A DNA stretch of 63,607 nucleotides, the filler included, from Stramenopiles sp. TOSAG23-3 (lineage: Eukaryota): NCBI GenBank assembly GCA_900128585.1. It is 7 parts of 7 records of this genome, joined end to end, with 100 filler letters (N's around TTAATTAATTAA, not from the genome) between each part and the next. Parts side by side here need not be neighbours in the genome. Positions count along the whole stretch, not along the records: positions 29,005 to 43,355 come from LT642570.1; 6 more parts are not named here. The stretch is one strand, 5' to 3'. The first letter of the stretch is position 1; each line of letters opens with the position of its first letter. Below are positions 29,217-39,263 of this stretch, piece after piece. Made by a program: the position numbers and the translations under genes. Under the pieces are notes generated by a model that saw only the letters and a program-made list of their open reading frames with translations, was not told the DNA's origin and made no database searches.

Positions 29217-32200
29217 ATGCCCTTTTGGAACGCAACGGCTGCGATTTTGAACGTATTTATTCTCCTGGCTAATGATAATAATCACATCAACGACTTGATA
29301 CAGTCCGCAATTGTTGAAGAGCCCGGTGCCCTTCGCATTTTAGTTTTAACTGCAGACCGCAGTCGACCGGGAAACAATGTTAGAACGTATGAGTGTCACG
29401 AAGACACTGCGAAGTCATGCATTCTTCCGCAGGATTTTTGTGTAGATGTCGTTATTGAACTGGCTGAAAACGCTGGCCTTCCCCAGTCTGTCAATTACGC
29501 GTTGGATTACATGGAAGAGACGTTCCAATTTTTAGGCAGCAGGCCGCGAGAGACGAAGATAGTTCTCGCCACCATACCTTTTCTAATCGCATGCCCATTT
29601 TCCCCACAAGGGGGCGACTTCAAGTGTGAGCGGTCCATATTTTGGTCTGGCGAATTTAAGGAGGCGAACGCACCGGCGATGACCGTCGTGCCTCTTTCGC
29701 ACGGTGCAAAAAACATTTTAAATACCTTCTCTACCCCCCTTGTATTACTGAATGATGGGGTTATCCGCTCTGGGTTTCGATTTGACGTTTCTTACGTCTC
29801 CATTGGTGGGTTCATGGCAATGGGATTAGAATTGTTGCTTCAAAATAATGCCATAGAACGAGCAAATAGTCGTTTCACGATCCCAATTTTGTGGACAAGC
29901 CTTACATCCGAGCGCGCTATCAAAAATATTTTTGAACTCTACAACAACAAGCAGCAAATTTGGTATTCTAAGGCAGACTCAGAAAATTCAAATCGATTTC
30001 TAAGAGACATGAATTTCAACGCGCAAAAAGAAACCCCGACGAATCACAAAGCAGACCAAGCACGCCGGCACGACATAGACCTTTTTTACATCGAAGCAGA
30101 AAGCATTTTGAAATCACCGCTATTACTGGGGCGGGATTACTCCAATGTCTTGGCAAAGATCCAAACAGCCTTTTCCCCAATACAAGACGCTGGTTTGGGT
30201 GGACAACACTTCTGGGGCGTAAACCCCACGCACGAGCAGATCCACATTGACAGAGAAAAAATAAAAGTTGGAGCCATTGTATGTCTGCACAATGAAAACA
30301 CGTTTCTGAACGCTATTTTGGAGAACTTGAGTGGAAACGTCGATAAAATTGTTGTTTTAGTCGGCACTTCCCCATGGAACGGTAGAACGGTAGGCACTGG
30401 CGCTGACACCACAATATCCATGGTACAAAAGTTCATAGATCGCAAGAATTGGTGTGGGTTGGAGTTAGGAAAAGCAAAAAGTGGGAAAGAACCAGGTCTT
30501 CTGCGGAAAATAAAACTGTGCATCGGTGCATATTCTATCGATTTAGTGACGGGCCAATGGCAATCTGAAGGAGAGCAACGCACGTTTGGGGTAAAGAGGT
30601 TGCGTGGTTACGGTGATTACCATTTCGCACTTATGGTGGATGCTGATGAATTTTGGTCCCCGGTGGATCTAAGAAAAGTTGTGAAAATAGCAAGCCAGAA
30701 TAGGGAGGTTCATTCTTATTTTAGGGTCGCAATGTGGACTTACTGGAAGTTTCTTCGAGTGCGCATTGATCCACCGGAAGAGCTGCGCGCACTGGCCCTG
30801 GTTTCAATAGCTGGGCCGTGCTATTGTACGACATTTTTCATTCGAGAGCCAATAGATTGCAGCTGTTGGGGAGATCACAAAAGTTTCATTCACTACAACA
30901 TTTCTATGATGCACCACTTGTCGTATGTAAGGACAACCCCAGAAGTAGAAAGAAAAATTTCATCTTTCGAGCACAACGGGGAAATAAGGCGTACGTGGTA
31001 CGAGAAAATATGGAGGCGCTGGGACGACGGTAACAATTACAAAGACTTACATAATCTGCATCCGACATTGCCCAAAGCGTTTCAATCTTCCGTTGCGCAA
31101 CCTATCCTTGAGCTTGTACCTGCGTTACGGCATCTATATATTGCAACTTGTCACACTGGCGGGCACCTGTACCCTCTGGGCACAAGTATAGGCGTACATA
31201 GAATGCTGTGCTACTCACCATTTGATGACCGTTTATCACGAGGAAGACTCGTTCATAGAAGAACGCCCCATAGTTTTGCGTGTCGCAGACTGGATAAGAA
31301 ATTGTCCTGTCTTGATTTCCTTTTGCTCGTAATACCGGGGGGTATTGATGTTAGCACAAAGCTTGTCTTTCCAGAGATTGCCCTGAACATACAACACGGC
31401 CTCGTAAACTTAGGCTACAGGGTATCGACTCGGGTTTGCAAGTCACTTCTCGATTGCCCATGGAAGCAGGAAGCAATACTGAGCCAGGAACAGGGCACGT
31501 GTTTCCCGACCAGGATCATTGTTGTTGGCTCTGTTGGCGTGACTTCGTATTCGTACAGTAGTACATCCAAGCCAATAATTTTGGAAAAGGCAGACACCTA
31601 TCTGGCAAAGAATTCTATACTCTATCAGTTTGAGCACCTCGATGATACAGAGTGGATAAATGGCCACGCCGCAGAAGTGTACAAGAGCAAAAAGTTCGTG
31701 CTCTGGGATTACCATTTCGGAAATCAGAAGGTTTATGACCAGTTAGGCATGTTGCCTGGGACGGCAAAGCACGTTCCTTACGGATTTACGCGCTCTTTAA
31801 TATTCCCAATGCAAGAGATGCGAGTGAAAGCAGACCCCAATAATAGATTGCCGGACGAAATTGACGTCCTGTATTTTGGAAAGCCAAATGAACATCGCCA
31901 ACACTTTATAAATGCATTGAACAGCAGGGGAGTCAATGTTTATGCGGACCACATGCTATTTGGAGAGCGACGGGATATGGCAGTTGCCAGGAGTAAGATC
32001 GTTTTGAATCTTAGGTACTGGGGGAAGCCAAAAACCATAGAATCGAAAATGTCAAGGATAGTTTATTTACTGGCCAACAAAGCATTCGTGGTATCAGACT
32101 ACTATGCTGTTTCGGATAAAGATCGTGAAACGTTACAAGGCGGCGTTGTGTTTGTAGAAAATTATGCCGAAGCCGAAGAAAATTTTCTTTCAGATTTTTA

Positions 32201-33653
32201 CGAACATTTTGCTGATGTAGTTTATACGTACCTGCACGATGTACCACGTTCTGCTCGTTTAAAAATTGCAATGCGTGGCCATTTGATGATCCAGCTGATG
32301 CCTATGATGCAATTTTTGAAAGGCCCTGCCGCTTCAACCCGCGATTTTGTAGAATGCGCAGCAATTAATAGCCACAACATTTCTCACCGAAAGCTTTGCG
32401 AAGGTGAAAAGTGTAAATTAATGTCAATGAACGTGCAAGTGCAACACGAGGTCGGAAATTCAACCTGGCATTTGCTGACGTACATGTATGGGGACAACCC
32501 TGTTCACACATTGCTTCCAAAATTAGCTGCAATCCCCAACATGACTGCAGTTAGCACTCGGATGGTGATGAAAGAAATGCAGAATTTGGCCCTTCGATCC
32601 GTTCAAAAAGTGGCAAAAGTGATTACAGTACTTATATTTAACAAGACAAACCCGACACAGAAGCCACGCGCCTATAACATATCCCTTCATTACGGCGAAG
32701 ATATTGATTTACTGGCCGAGGTATTTGCCACAAACATGGGTGGAGTGGACCAAATGGTTTTGGCACGACATATGAAAAACGAATTAAGGAACGCGGACGA
32801 ATCCATCGAATGGATAGGGATTCGAGAGTGCAACGATGAACTATCTACTTTCAGCGGCGTCCATTATGGATGCAGTCGTAATAGAAGAATGTTGGCGATA
32901 AACTCTACCCGGGAAGAGAAGGTAACCGTAGTTTTCACGACGTGCAAACGTTTGGAAAAGTTCTTGCTTACTGCCAAATCTCTGTATGCTTCGTTGCAAA
33001 AGCAAGGCGTTCTGCATTTAATAGAGAACTTCGTCGTGATTGACGATGGATCAAGTGCACACGATGTATCCCAGATGAAACGTGTCTTTCCAAATTTCCT
33101 TTTTCTTTTGAAAGATGAAAGTGCGAAAGGCCACGCGGAAAGTTTAAACATGGTATTAAACGGCGAGAACAGCGTTTTCGCAGCTACCGAAGCCCGTTAC
33201 GTGTTGTATTTTGAAGATGACTGGCTTGTTGATGCTGGGAATTCTGACCCTTGGTTCTTAAATTCGTTGACACTATTAAAGCATTCAACTGAGCCCAACG
33301 TGGCCCAAGTATTGCTGGATAATCGTCACGGCGGTTGGCCACGAGTTTATAACAGAAGGATTCCGTACAGGTACCACGAATTCGGAATCCACACGCTCTC
33401 TTCGGTTGACCACCCACTACCAAATTGGCCTGGTTTTTCGAACAATCCTGGCTTTTGGGATTTGGATCAAATGAGATTAGCCAATTTAAAATTTGAAATA
33501 CATAGCCCCACTTTCGAGCAACACTTTTCTCTCGACTTTTATGACGCTGGGCTTCGTGTAATCTGCTTACAATTAGATCTGACGACCCATATTGGAAACG
33601 ATGTCAGCTCTTACGCTTTAAATGGTAGAAACAATCGCTACTGGGATCTGTAA
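29217..33653 (+). CDS. Multidomain glycosyltransferase (GT-A/GT2-like + GT-B-like + GT2-like)
   Basis: Module 1: CLHNE...EGEQR...MVDADEFW...HHLSYVR...KISSFEH. Module 2: IDVLYFG..NEHR...GERRD..VARSKIVLNL...RIVYLLANKAFVVSD. Module 3: VFTTCKR...VIDDGSS...GHAESLN...YFEDDW...PGFSNNPG...FEQHF...HIG. Confidence 0.8.
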   Translation: MPFWNATAAILNVFILLANDNNHINDLIQSAIVEEPGALRILVLTADRSRPGNNVRTYECHEDTAKSCILPQDFCVDVVIELAENAGLPQSVNYALDYMEETFQFLGSRPRETKIVLATIPFLIACPFSPQGGDFKCERSIFWSGEFKEANAPAMTVVPLSHGAKNILNTFSTPLVLLNDGVIRSGFRFDVSYVSIGGFMAMGLELLLQNNAIERANSRFTIPILWTSLTSERAIKNIFELYNNKQQIWYSKADSENSNRFLRDMNFNAQKETPTNHKADQARRHDIDLFYIEAESILKSPLLLGRDYSNVLAKIQTAFSPIQDAGLGGQHFWGVNPTHEQIHIDREKIKVGAIVCLHNENTFLNAILENLSGNVDKIVVLVGTSPWNGRTVGTGADTTISMVQKFIDRKNWCGLELGKAKSGKEPGLLRKIKLCIGAYSIDLVTGQWQSEGEQRTFGVKRLRGYGDYHFALMVDADEFWSPVDLRKVVKIASQNREVHSYFRVAMWTYWKFLRVRIDPPEELRALALVSIAGPCYCTTFFIREPIDCSCWGDHKSFIHYNISMMHHLSYVRTTPEVERKISSFEHNGEIRRTWYEKIWRRWDDGNNYKDLHNLHPTLPKAFQSSVAQPILELVPALRHLYIATCHTGGHLYPLGTSIGVHRMLCYSPFDDRLSRGRLVHRRTPHSFACRRLDKKLSCLDFLLLVIPGGIDVSTKLVFPEIALNIQHGLVNLGYRVSTRVCKSLLDCPWKQEAILSQEQGTCFPTRIIVVGSVGVTSYSYSSTSKPIILEKADTYLAKNSILYQFEHLDDTEWINGHAAEVYKSKKFVLWDYHFGNQKVYDQLGMLPGTAKHVPYGFTRSLIFPMQEMRVKADPNNRLPDEIDVLYFGKPNEHRQHFINALNSRGVNVYADHMLFGERRDMAVARSKIVLNLRYWGKPKTIESKMSRIVYLLANKAFVVSDYYAVSDKDRETLQGGVVFVENYAEAEENFLSDFYEHFADVVYTYLHDVPRSARLKIAMRGHLMIQLMPMMQFLKGPAASTRDFVECAAINSHNISHRKLCEGEKCKLMSMNVQVQHEVGNSTWHLLTYMYGDNPVHTLLPKLAAIPNMTAVSTRMVMKEMQNLALRSVQKVAKVITVLIFNKTNPTQKPRAYNISLHYGEDIDLLAEVFATNMGGVDQMVLARHMKNELRNADESIEWIGIRECNDELSTFSGVHYGCSRNRRMLAINSTREEKVTVVFTTCKRLEKFLLTAKSLYASLQKQGVLHLIENFVVIDDGSSAHDVSQMKRVFPNFLFLLKDESAKGHAESLNMVLNGENSVFAATEARYVLYFEDDWLVDAGNSDPWFLNSLTLLKHSTEPNVAQVLLDNRHGGWPRVYNRRIPYRYHEFGIHTLSSVDHPLPNWPGFSNNPGFWDLDQMRLANLKFEIHSPTFEQHFSLDFYDAGLRVICLQLDLTTHIGNDVSSYALNGRNNRYWDL

Positions 33654-33788
33654 ATTTGTACCCTTATTATTATTAATATAATTATTTTTTCAAGCCGGAG
33701 GAACCCTTCCTCCTTTATATAATATCAACACAGCATGAACAACCTGAAATGTGGTGGTGGATGATGGAGTAGTTTTATTGTATTATCA

Positions 33789-33893
33789 TCTTCTCTTCTT
33801 CTCCTTTTTTATCATTCTCTTCTTCTTTCTTCTTTCTTCTTTCTTCTTTCTTCTTCTTCTATTTATTTCTTCTTCTTCTTTCTTCTTCTTCTT

Positions 33894-33924
<31 letters not shown>

Positions 33925-33977
33925 TTCTTCTATTTATTTCTTCTTCTTCTTTTTTTTTTTATTTTGTCTTTTTTTTA
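33789..33977 (+). repeat. (TTC)n polypyrimidine microsatellite
   Basis: Long imperfect TTC/TTTC run. Confidence 0.95.
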
Positions 33978-34169
33978 GAGAGTAAGTACATTTTTATAAT
34001 CAATTTGTACAAAAACATGCGGATTGCATTATCCTAAAGAATCCGATTAAATAACTAGAGAACATTAATTTCTTGGAGTACCATTCAAAATTTCTACCTG
34101 TATTTATTCAAGCGTTTAATATAACGTGCACGATTTATTACATTCTTTCAACCAAGTTCCGCAAACTCA

Positions 34170-35951
34170 ATGGGTAAAAAGAACAAGCGGAAGTTGGCGG
34201 CCCTTCGCAAGCCACTCGCACAGCAGCCAAAGAAAAGGCAATCGAAAAAAAAACAAAAGCATGCAGGGAAAAGCCCCAGCGTTCCAAGCATGTCGCTTTT
34301 GCAGAAACCCAAACCACCAACGGTACCCATAGAACTGCCCCTACCTGTGCCATCGTCCGCCTCTGCACCGGCCCCCGCCTTAATTCCTCAAGGGCAGCCA
34401 AAGCCGCCGCCGAGCGCTGCCCAAGCCAAGCGAGTCTCTTTTGCGCTTCCAGATTTTGAGGCTAAAGAAACTAGCCCCAGTTCAAAGCAAGACGACAGCG
34501 ACGGAAAAAACCCAACGGAAATTGTCGACTCTACTGCACGCGAGCAAGGCATTGGGCACGCAATTCTGGGGGAAGCGTCCCGCAAGATTGAAGAAGCCGA
34601 CCAAGAAGCGGTGTACCGGAAACTTTTTGAGTGGCTAATCCACCCGGTCCCTTCAGGCGTATTTTTCAAGAACTACTGGGAGGCGAAACCATTGTATATC
34701 AATCGGGAAAAATCTCGGGGGTATTTTGATGGCTGGTTTTCTTCAAACGATCTTACTGATCTGATTCGTCGTGGAGAGTTGAAGTACGGTGTGGACATTG
34801 ACCTGACACAGTATCGGGGTGGCAAGCGGACCACGCCGTCTAACTCTCAGGAAATGAAAGGGAAGACCGCAGAGTTGGACGTGGTAAAAAAGATGATGGG
34901 CAAGGAAGGCTGCTCTCTCCGGCTATTAAGCCCGCAACGATTTAGTGACAAAATTTGGAAGTTATTATCTGGGCTAGAGGCTTGCTGGCAGTATGGCGCA
35001 GGGTGCAACGTGTACTTTACCCCCCCGGGAACCCAGGGATTCGCGCCGCACTACGACGACATCGAAGCGTTTATTCTGCAGTTGGAGGGGAAAAAGCGTT
35101 GGCGCGTGTATGCCCCATCGGAGAGGACTGGGGGGATATTGCCGCGCTATTCAAGCGGAAATTTTAAACAAGAGGAGATCGGGGAACCTGTCATGGAAAT
35201 TACTCTTTCACCAGGCGACATGCTGTACTTTCCACGAGGTTGGATTCACCAAGCTGTGAGCGACGACAAGGTGCCATCACTCCACGCAACGCTCTCCACA
35301 GCACAGAAACACAGCTGGTGCGATTTTATGGAAGTGCTGTTGCCCCAAGTTTCCCAGCAAGCATTTGAAGACCTCCCAGAGATTCGCCACGCTTTGCCCC
35401 GGGGATACCAAAACTATATGGGAATCATGCACGGTGACGTAGTGCAGAGCGAGGAGCGGATCCAATTCATAGAGAAGGCCGTGGAAATATTCCAGAAAAT
35501 GTTGGAGAGTATGAATTTTGACCGCGCTGCCGATGAGATGGCCATCAGGTATTTGCACGACCGGATGCCCGTTGTTCTCTCGAAGAAGGAAAAGAAAACA
35601 ATGAAGGGCGTAACATTCCAGACTACACTTTCCCCAAAGTCAAAAGTTCGGTTGCTTCGCGGCCCAACTATGTTTCGTTTAACCGTAGAGGAAGACACTG
35701 CGTTCCTTTACTATTCATGCTATAATTCTCGCCTCTACCACGAGAAAGAGCCGCAGGGAGTGGAGTTTGACGTCGACGTCGCCCCTGCGATCGAGCTGCT
35801 TCTGAACCAGTACCCAAAACCGTTGGTGGTTGGTGAAGATTGGGGCGTGTGGCATGTATCAGGGTTAAACCTGACCAAACAGGAAAAGATTGAAGAGCAA
35901 TTGAGAATATGCAACGTTCTGTATCAAAATCACTTGATGGTCAAAGTATAA
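34170..35951 (+). CDS. RIOX1: Ribosomal oxygenase 1 (NO66), JmjC histidyl hydroxylase
   Basis: FEWLIHP...FF..YWE.KPL, GCSLRLLSPQ, NVYFTPPGTQGFAPHYDDIEAFILQLEGKKRWRVY, GDMLYFPRGWIHQA, NSRLYH. Confidence 0.93.
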   Translation: MGKKNKRKLAALRKPLAQQPKKRQSKKKQKHAGKSPSVPSMSLLQKPKPPTVPIELPLPVPSSASAPAPALIPQGQPKPPPSAAQAKRVSFALPDFEAKETSPSSKQDDSDGKNPTEIVDSTAREQGIGHAILGEASRKIEEADQEAVYRKLFEWLIHPVPSGVFFKNYWEAKPLYINREKSRGYFDGWFSSNDLTDLIRRGELKYGVDIDLTQYRGGKRTTPSNSQEMKGKTAELDVVKKMMGKEGCSLRLLSPQRFSDKIWKLLSGLEACWQYGAGCNVYFTPPGTQGFAPHYDDIEAFILQLEGKKRWRVYAPSERTGGILPRYSSGNFKQEEIGEPVMEITLSPGDMLYFPRGWIHQAVSDDKVPSLHATLSTAQKHSWCDFMEVLLPQVSQQAFEDLPEIRHALPRGYQNYMGIMHGDVVQSEERIQFIEKAVEIFQKMLESMNFDRAADEMAIRYLHDRMPVVLSKKEKKTMKGVTFQTTLSPKSKVRLLRGPTMFRLTVEEDTAFLYYSCYNSRLYHEKEPQGVEFDVDVAPAIELLLNQYPKPLVVGEDWGVWHVSGLNLTKQEKIEEQLRICNVLYQNHLMVKV

Positions 35952-36397
35952 TATATAATATAATTTGTTTTTATAATAACTACAGCTCCTTATTTATTAT
36001 TATCAGAACCACCGCCAGCCAGCCACAGCCAACAGAGCCTGTTTTTTGAATGATATGGTGGTGTACACAGTTCGTGTGTAGTGTGCTCGTGTGTTGGTGC
36101 ATTCTTTATTATTATTATACTGGTAGTGGTATATTTTTTGTATACGGTTCTTTTTTCTGTTCTATTTGATGGATATGTGAGGAGTGTATGTAGTCCCGAA
36201 AGAACTGTTAGAAATAATTGAAAACAAACAGACTGCTGAATAAACATCTGTTCGGTAGTATTTATAGAGGAAAAAGATATTCTTTCGTCGCCCGGCCCGC
36301 TGAGTAGTCACTTTTTCAAAAAGGTGCCGTAGCAGTCGTACTAATTATAAATAGAAGGCAGGGTAACGGGGAGTTGCTTCTCACTCTAACTCTGGCA

Positions 36398-38644
36398 ATG
36401 GATGCGCTGCAGCCACAACAACTTGGGGCGTTAATATTTTGTATTGTGTTATCAACATATCATCACACATTGCAGAAAAGCGTCCCTGGCGGAGATGCGG
36501 GGGAGTTAATTGTGGAAGCCTGGCAGCTAGGTCTTCCTCACCCACCTGGTTATCCAACTTTCTCACTTCTCGGTCACTGGTTCTCAAAATTCGAGATTTT
36601 AGACGTCCCGGAGGGAGCAAGCCCAGTGGCGTGGAAAATTAATTTCATGTCCGCGTTTCTCAACTCAATTGCAGGCGTTGTTTTGTTTTGGACAGTGCTC
36701 CTCCTCCCCGCGGCCGCAAACGAATCCGTACCGGCTGCCCGCACCATCTCCCTCAAGGGGGACGGGCAGAACGGCGGAGATTTAGTGGCGCGGTCGAAAG
36801 TATATGCGATTGGGCACAGTGCGTTAGACGCAGACTGGGGCTCTTTAGCGTGGTTGATTGGAGCATCAGTATCGGCGTTTGGATATTGCTTTAGCCCGTT
36901 GGTTTGGACCTATGCAGTGACCGCCGAAGTCTTTGCTTTGAATAACTTATTTGCAGCGCTGCTCCTGTATATTTCTGTAATGTTTTTCAAAGCACCAAGT
37001 AGGCAAAAGGCAATCGCTGGGGCTTTTCTGTGCGGACTTGGACTGACAAACCAGCATTCTCTCGTTTTCTTTGTACTCCCAGTGGGGTTTTTCGTTATGC
37101 TGACCGTGCTGCGAGGCAAGGGGCCATGTTACCAAGGAACGACAGTATTGGCGATTTTCACGGCCTTCTGCGTTGGTCTTGCACCATACGCATATATGCC
37201 GCTGGTGACTGGAGCAAAAGGATCTTGGGGGGATGCTTCAACCGTCGAGGGGTTTCTTAAGCACATCCTTCGGAAGGAGTATGGGACGTTTCTTCTGCAC
37301 CCCGACATGGTGGGCACAGAATCTTGGAAGGAGCGAGCATCTTTGTACTTCCAAAGCCTTGTAAGCAAAGAACTTCCATTGCGCAGAGAATTTTCTGTAC
37401 CGATTTTAGTCACTGGGGCAATACACTTAATTTGGTATGTCCCGAAAAAGATGCCTGGCTTTGTACTACTGTTTATGTGGCTGACCTACACCGTCGTGTT
37501 TCACACATTGTCAAACATAGACTTGTCGACACCACTGACGTTTGCGGTTCACGAACGCTTTTGGATGCAGCCAAATGCCATTGCTTTTGTTGTATTTGGC
37601 GTTGGAGTGACTGGAATTCTTCTTTGTATCTTCTACGTATGCCAGAGTTTGTGCAAAAGCGCTCGGGGCCGTGGAATCCCAGGCGCTAGGCTTGGTAAAA
37701 GTGTGATCCAATTCTTAGTTTTGTGCTTGTTTGCAGCTGCCATGCATACTCATGTAAAATTAAATTATAAAATAATGGATATGAGCGAAAACGATGATCT
37801 GGATAGAGTGTTTCGGAGCTCTTTAGTGTCTCTACCAAGAAATTCATTAGTGATATTAAGAGGTGATCACTACACCAACGTGATGAGATATTTACACCAG
37901 GTAGACGGCGTCCGCCCCGATTTAGATTTAGTGAGCGACCAGCTTGTAAAAGCAAAATGGTTTCATTTGCAGGAACGTCATTTTCCGAACGTATCGTTTC
38001 CAAAACGGCGGTACAACGAATATTTCTATGGGTTCTCGTTGGAAGAGTTCATTACCGCCAACGCGGTGACCCGCCCTGTGGCTGCATGCTCCCACCTAGT
38101 CACGGTTCACCCCCAGAACACGTACACTGGTCTTTACTACGGAATGTGTGATATTTTAGTTCCATCCAGCCATTACCCAACATTTAAACCGTGGTGGAAA
38201 AAAGCTAAAACATTGCTGCCTACGAAAATGAATTTTACAAAGGTTACGCAGAAGTTTGGCCCCGAGGCCTGGGAGTATAAACTCTACGAAAAAATATTCG
38301 AGAAGCAGCAGAAGCTTGCCGCCGATTTGATAGCGTATGCGCAGAGATCAAAACCGCCAAATCTTAAAATCTTAAAAAAGACGAAAAAATACATCAAATC
38401 CTTTTTAAATCAGGACAAAGGCCCATTTCAAGTTCAAGGAGCGACCTGGAAAAACCTAGCCGTTTCGATATTGACCGTCCCGAAGGCAATGGATGATATT
38501 GGCGCATTAACGGAGGGGGTGCACGCACTTCGCGAATATCTGAAAACGGATGCAAGCAAAGTAGATAAGCAGTTGGAGTACGTTAAGAATCTGGAGAGGC
38601 AGGTTTCGAATGCACTGGGGGGTAAAAAGCCTGCACCCTCGTGA
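36398..38644 (+). CDS. TMEM260: TMEM260-family (DUF2723) GT-C protein O-mannosyltransferase
   Basis: SVPGGDAGEL, LGLPHPPGYP, AEVFALNN, GLGLTNQH, SWGD...GFLKHILRKEYGTF, VHERFWMQ, GD..TN..RYL...GVRPD; multiple TM segments; ATG at 36398. Confidence 0.9.
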   Translation: MDALQPQQLGALIFCIVLSTYHHTLQKSVPGGDAGELIVEAWQLGLPHPPGYPTFSLLGHWFSKFEILDVPEGASPVAWKINFMSAFLNSIAGVVLFWTVLLLPAAANESVPAARTISLKGDGQNGGDLVARSKVYAIGHSALDADWGSLAWLIGASVSAFGYCFSPLVWTYAVTAEVFALNNLFAALLLYISVMFFKAPSRQKAIAGAFLCGLGLTNQHSLVFFVLPVGFFVMLTVLRGKGPCYQGTTVLAIFTAFCVGLAPYAYMPLVTGAKGSWGDASTVEGFLKHILRKEYGTFLLHPDMVGTESWKERASLYFQSLVSKELPLRREFSVPILVTGAIHLIWYVPKKMPGFVLLFMWLTYTVVFHTLSNIDLSTPLTFAVHERFWMQPNAIAFVVFGVGVTGILLCIFYVCQSLCKSARGRGIPGARLGKSVIQFLVLCLFAAAMHTHVKLNYKIMDMSENDDLDRVFRSSLVSLPRNSLVILRGDHYTNVMRYLHQVDGVRPDLDLVSDQLVKAKWFHLQERHFPNVSFPKRRYNEYFYGFSLEEFITANAVTRPVAACSHLVTVHPQNTYTGLYYGMCDILVPSSHYPTFKPWWKKAKTLLPTKMNFTKVTQKFGPEAWEYKLYEKIFEKQQKLAADLIAYAQRSKPPNLKILKKTKKYIKSFLNQDKGPFQVQGATWKNLAVSILTVPKAMDDIGALTEGVHALREYLKTDASKVDKQLEYVKNLERQVSNALGGKKPAPS

Positions 38645-38784
38645 ATGCGAGAAAGATTAAAAAAAATAAGAAGTTCGTTCATTAAAAAATTGAGGACTGA
38701 TTCATTTACGAGTGAGACATTGGATGAGGAAGTTGACTATGGGTCATTTGCCATCGCCGCAAATCCATCACAGGAGCAGAGTTA

Positions 38785-39162
38785 AGTTTGCAGTACATGA
38801 AGGACCGTAAACCTTTAATGGACGGAAGGATCAGATTCGCATTCGCGGTACACGAAGAAGATAAATTTTAATTATAACAATCTTAAAAAACAGTCGTGAT
38901 CAGTTCGCAGTATGTTACATTTTAATTACTTAAATAACAGCCAATTTTTCGGTTTTAATTAAGAATCTAAAAACAAGAAAATTGGCTGTTATTTAAGTAA
39001 TTAAATTTAGCTTCGTCGTACCCTAATCCTAACTTGATTCTTAAATACTTAAAAATAATGTTTTTTTTATTATAGACTATGGTATGATAAGATATAATAA
39101 TATAAACAAACAAGAAAATTGGCTGTTATTTAGGTAACATAATTAGATAATAATAACAGCCA
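38785..39162. repeat. Dispersed palindromic repeat family, copy 3: compound cluster with a perfect 28-bp inverted repeat (38921-38948 / 38978-39005)
   Basis: TTTAATTACTTAAATAACAGCCAATTTT and its exact reverse complement; further partial units at 38785-38875, 38902-38920 and 39108-39162. Confidence 0.9.
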
Positions 39163-39209
39163 TTATTTTCTTCTTCTTTCTTTTGACAATTTTAAACGCG
39201 TGTCCAAGT

Positions 39210-39263
39210 TGTATTTCAATACGAAATCACTTTTCAATAATGTATTTCAATACGAAATCACTT
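39210..39263. repeat. 23-bp direct repeat TGTATTTCAATACGAAATCACTT x2
   Basis: Identical copies at 39210-39232 and 39241-39263. Confidence 0.85.

Noticed and set aside
12562-33653. Endogenous giant-virus insertion
   Set aside because: No viral hallmark genes (capsid, packaging ATPase, PolB, primase) seen; intronless genes are the norm throughout the window
8357-38644. A glycan biosynthetic gene cluster (epimerase, methyltransferase, triple GT, TMEM260)
   Set aside because: The genes are interspersed with unrelated housekeeping genes and separated by artificial gaps, so physical clustering is unproven
12305-39040. CCCTAA inside the repeat family (~12315 and ~39021) as an interstitial telomere
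   Set aside because: Single hexamers, not tandem arrays
38785-39263. CRISPR-like array or tRNA-derived SINE
   Set aside because: No regular repeat-spacer periodicity and no cas genes; GTTCG resembles a B-box start, but there is no full A/B box pair or cloverleaf
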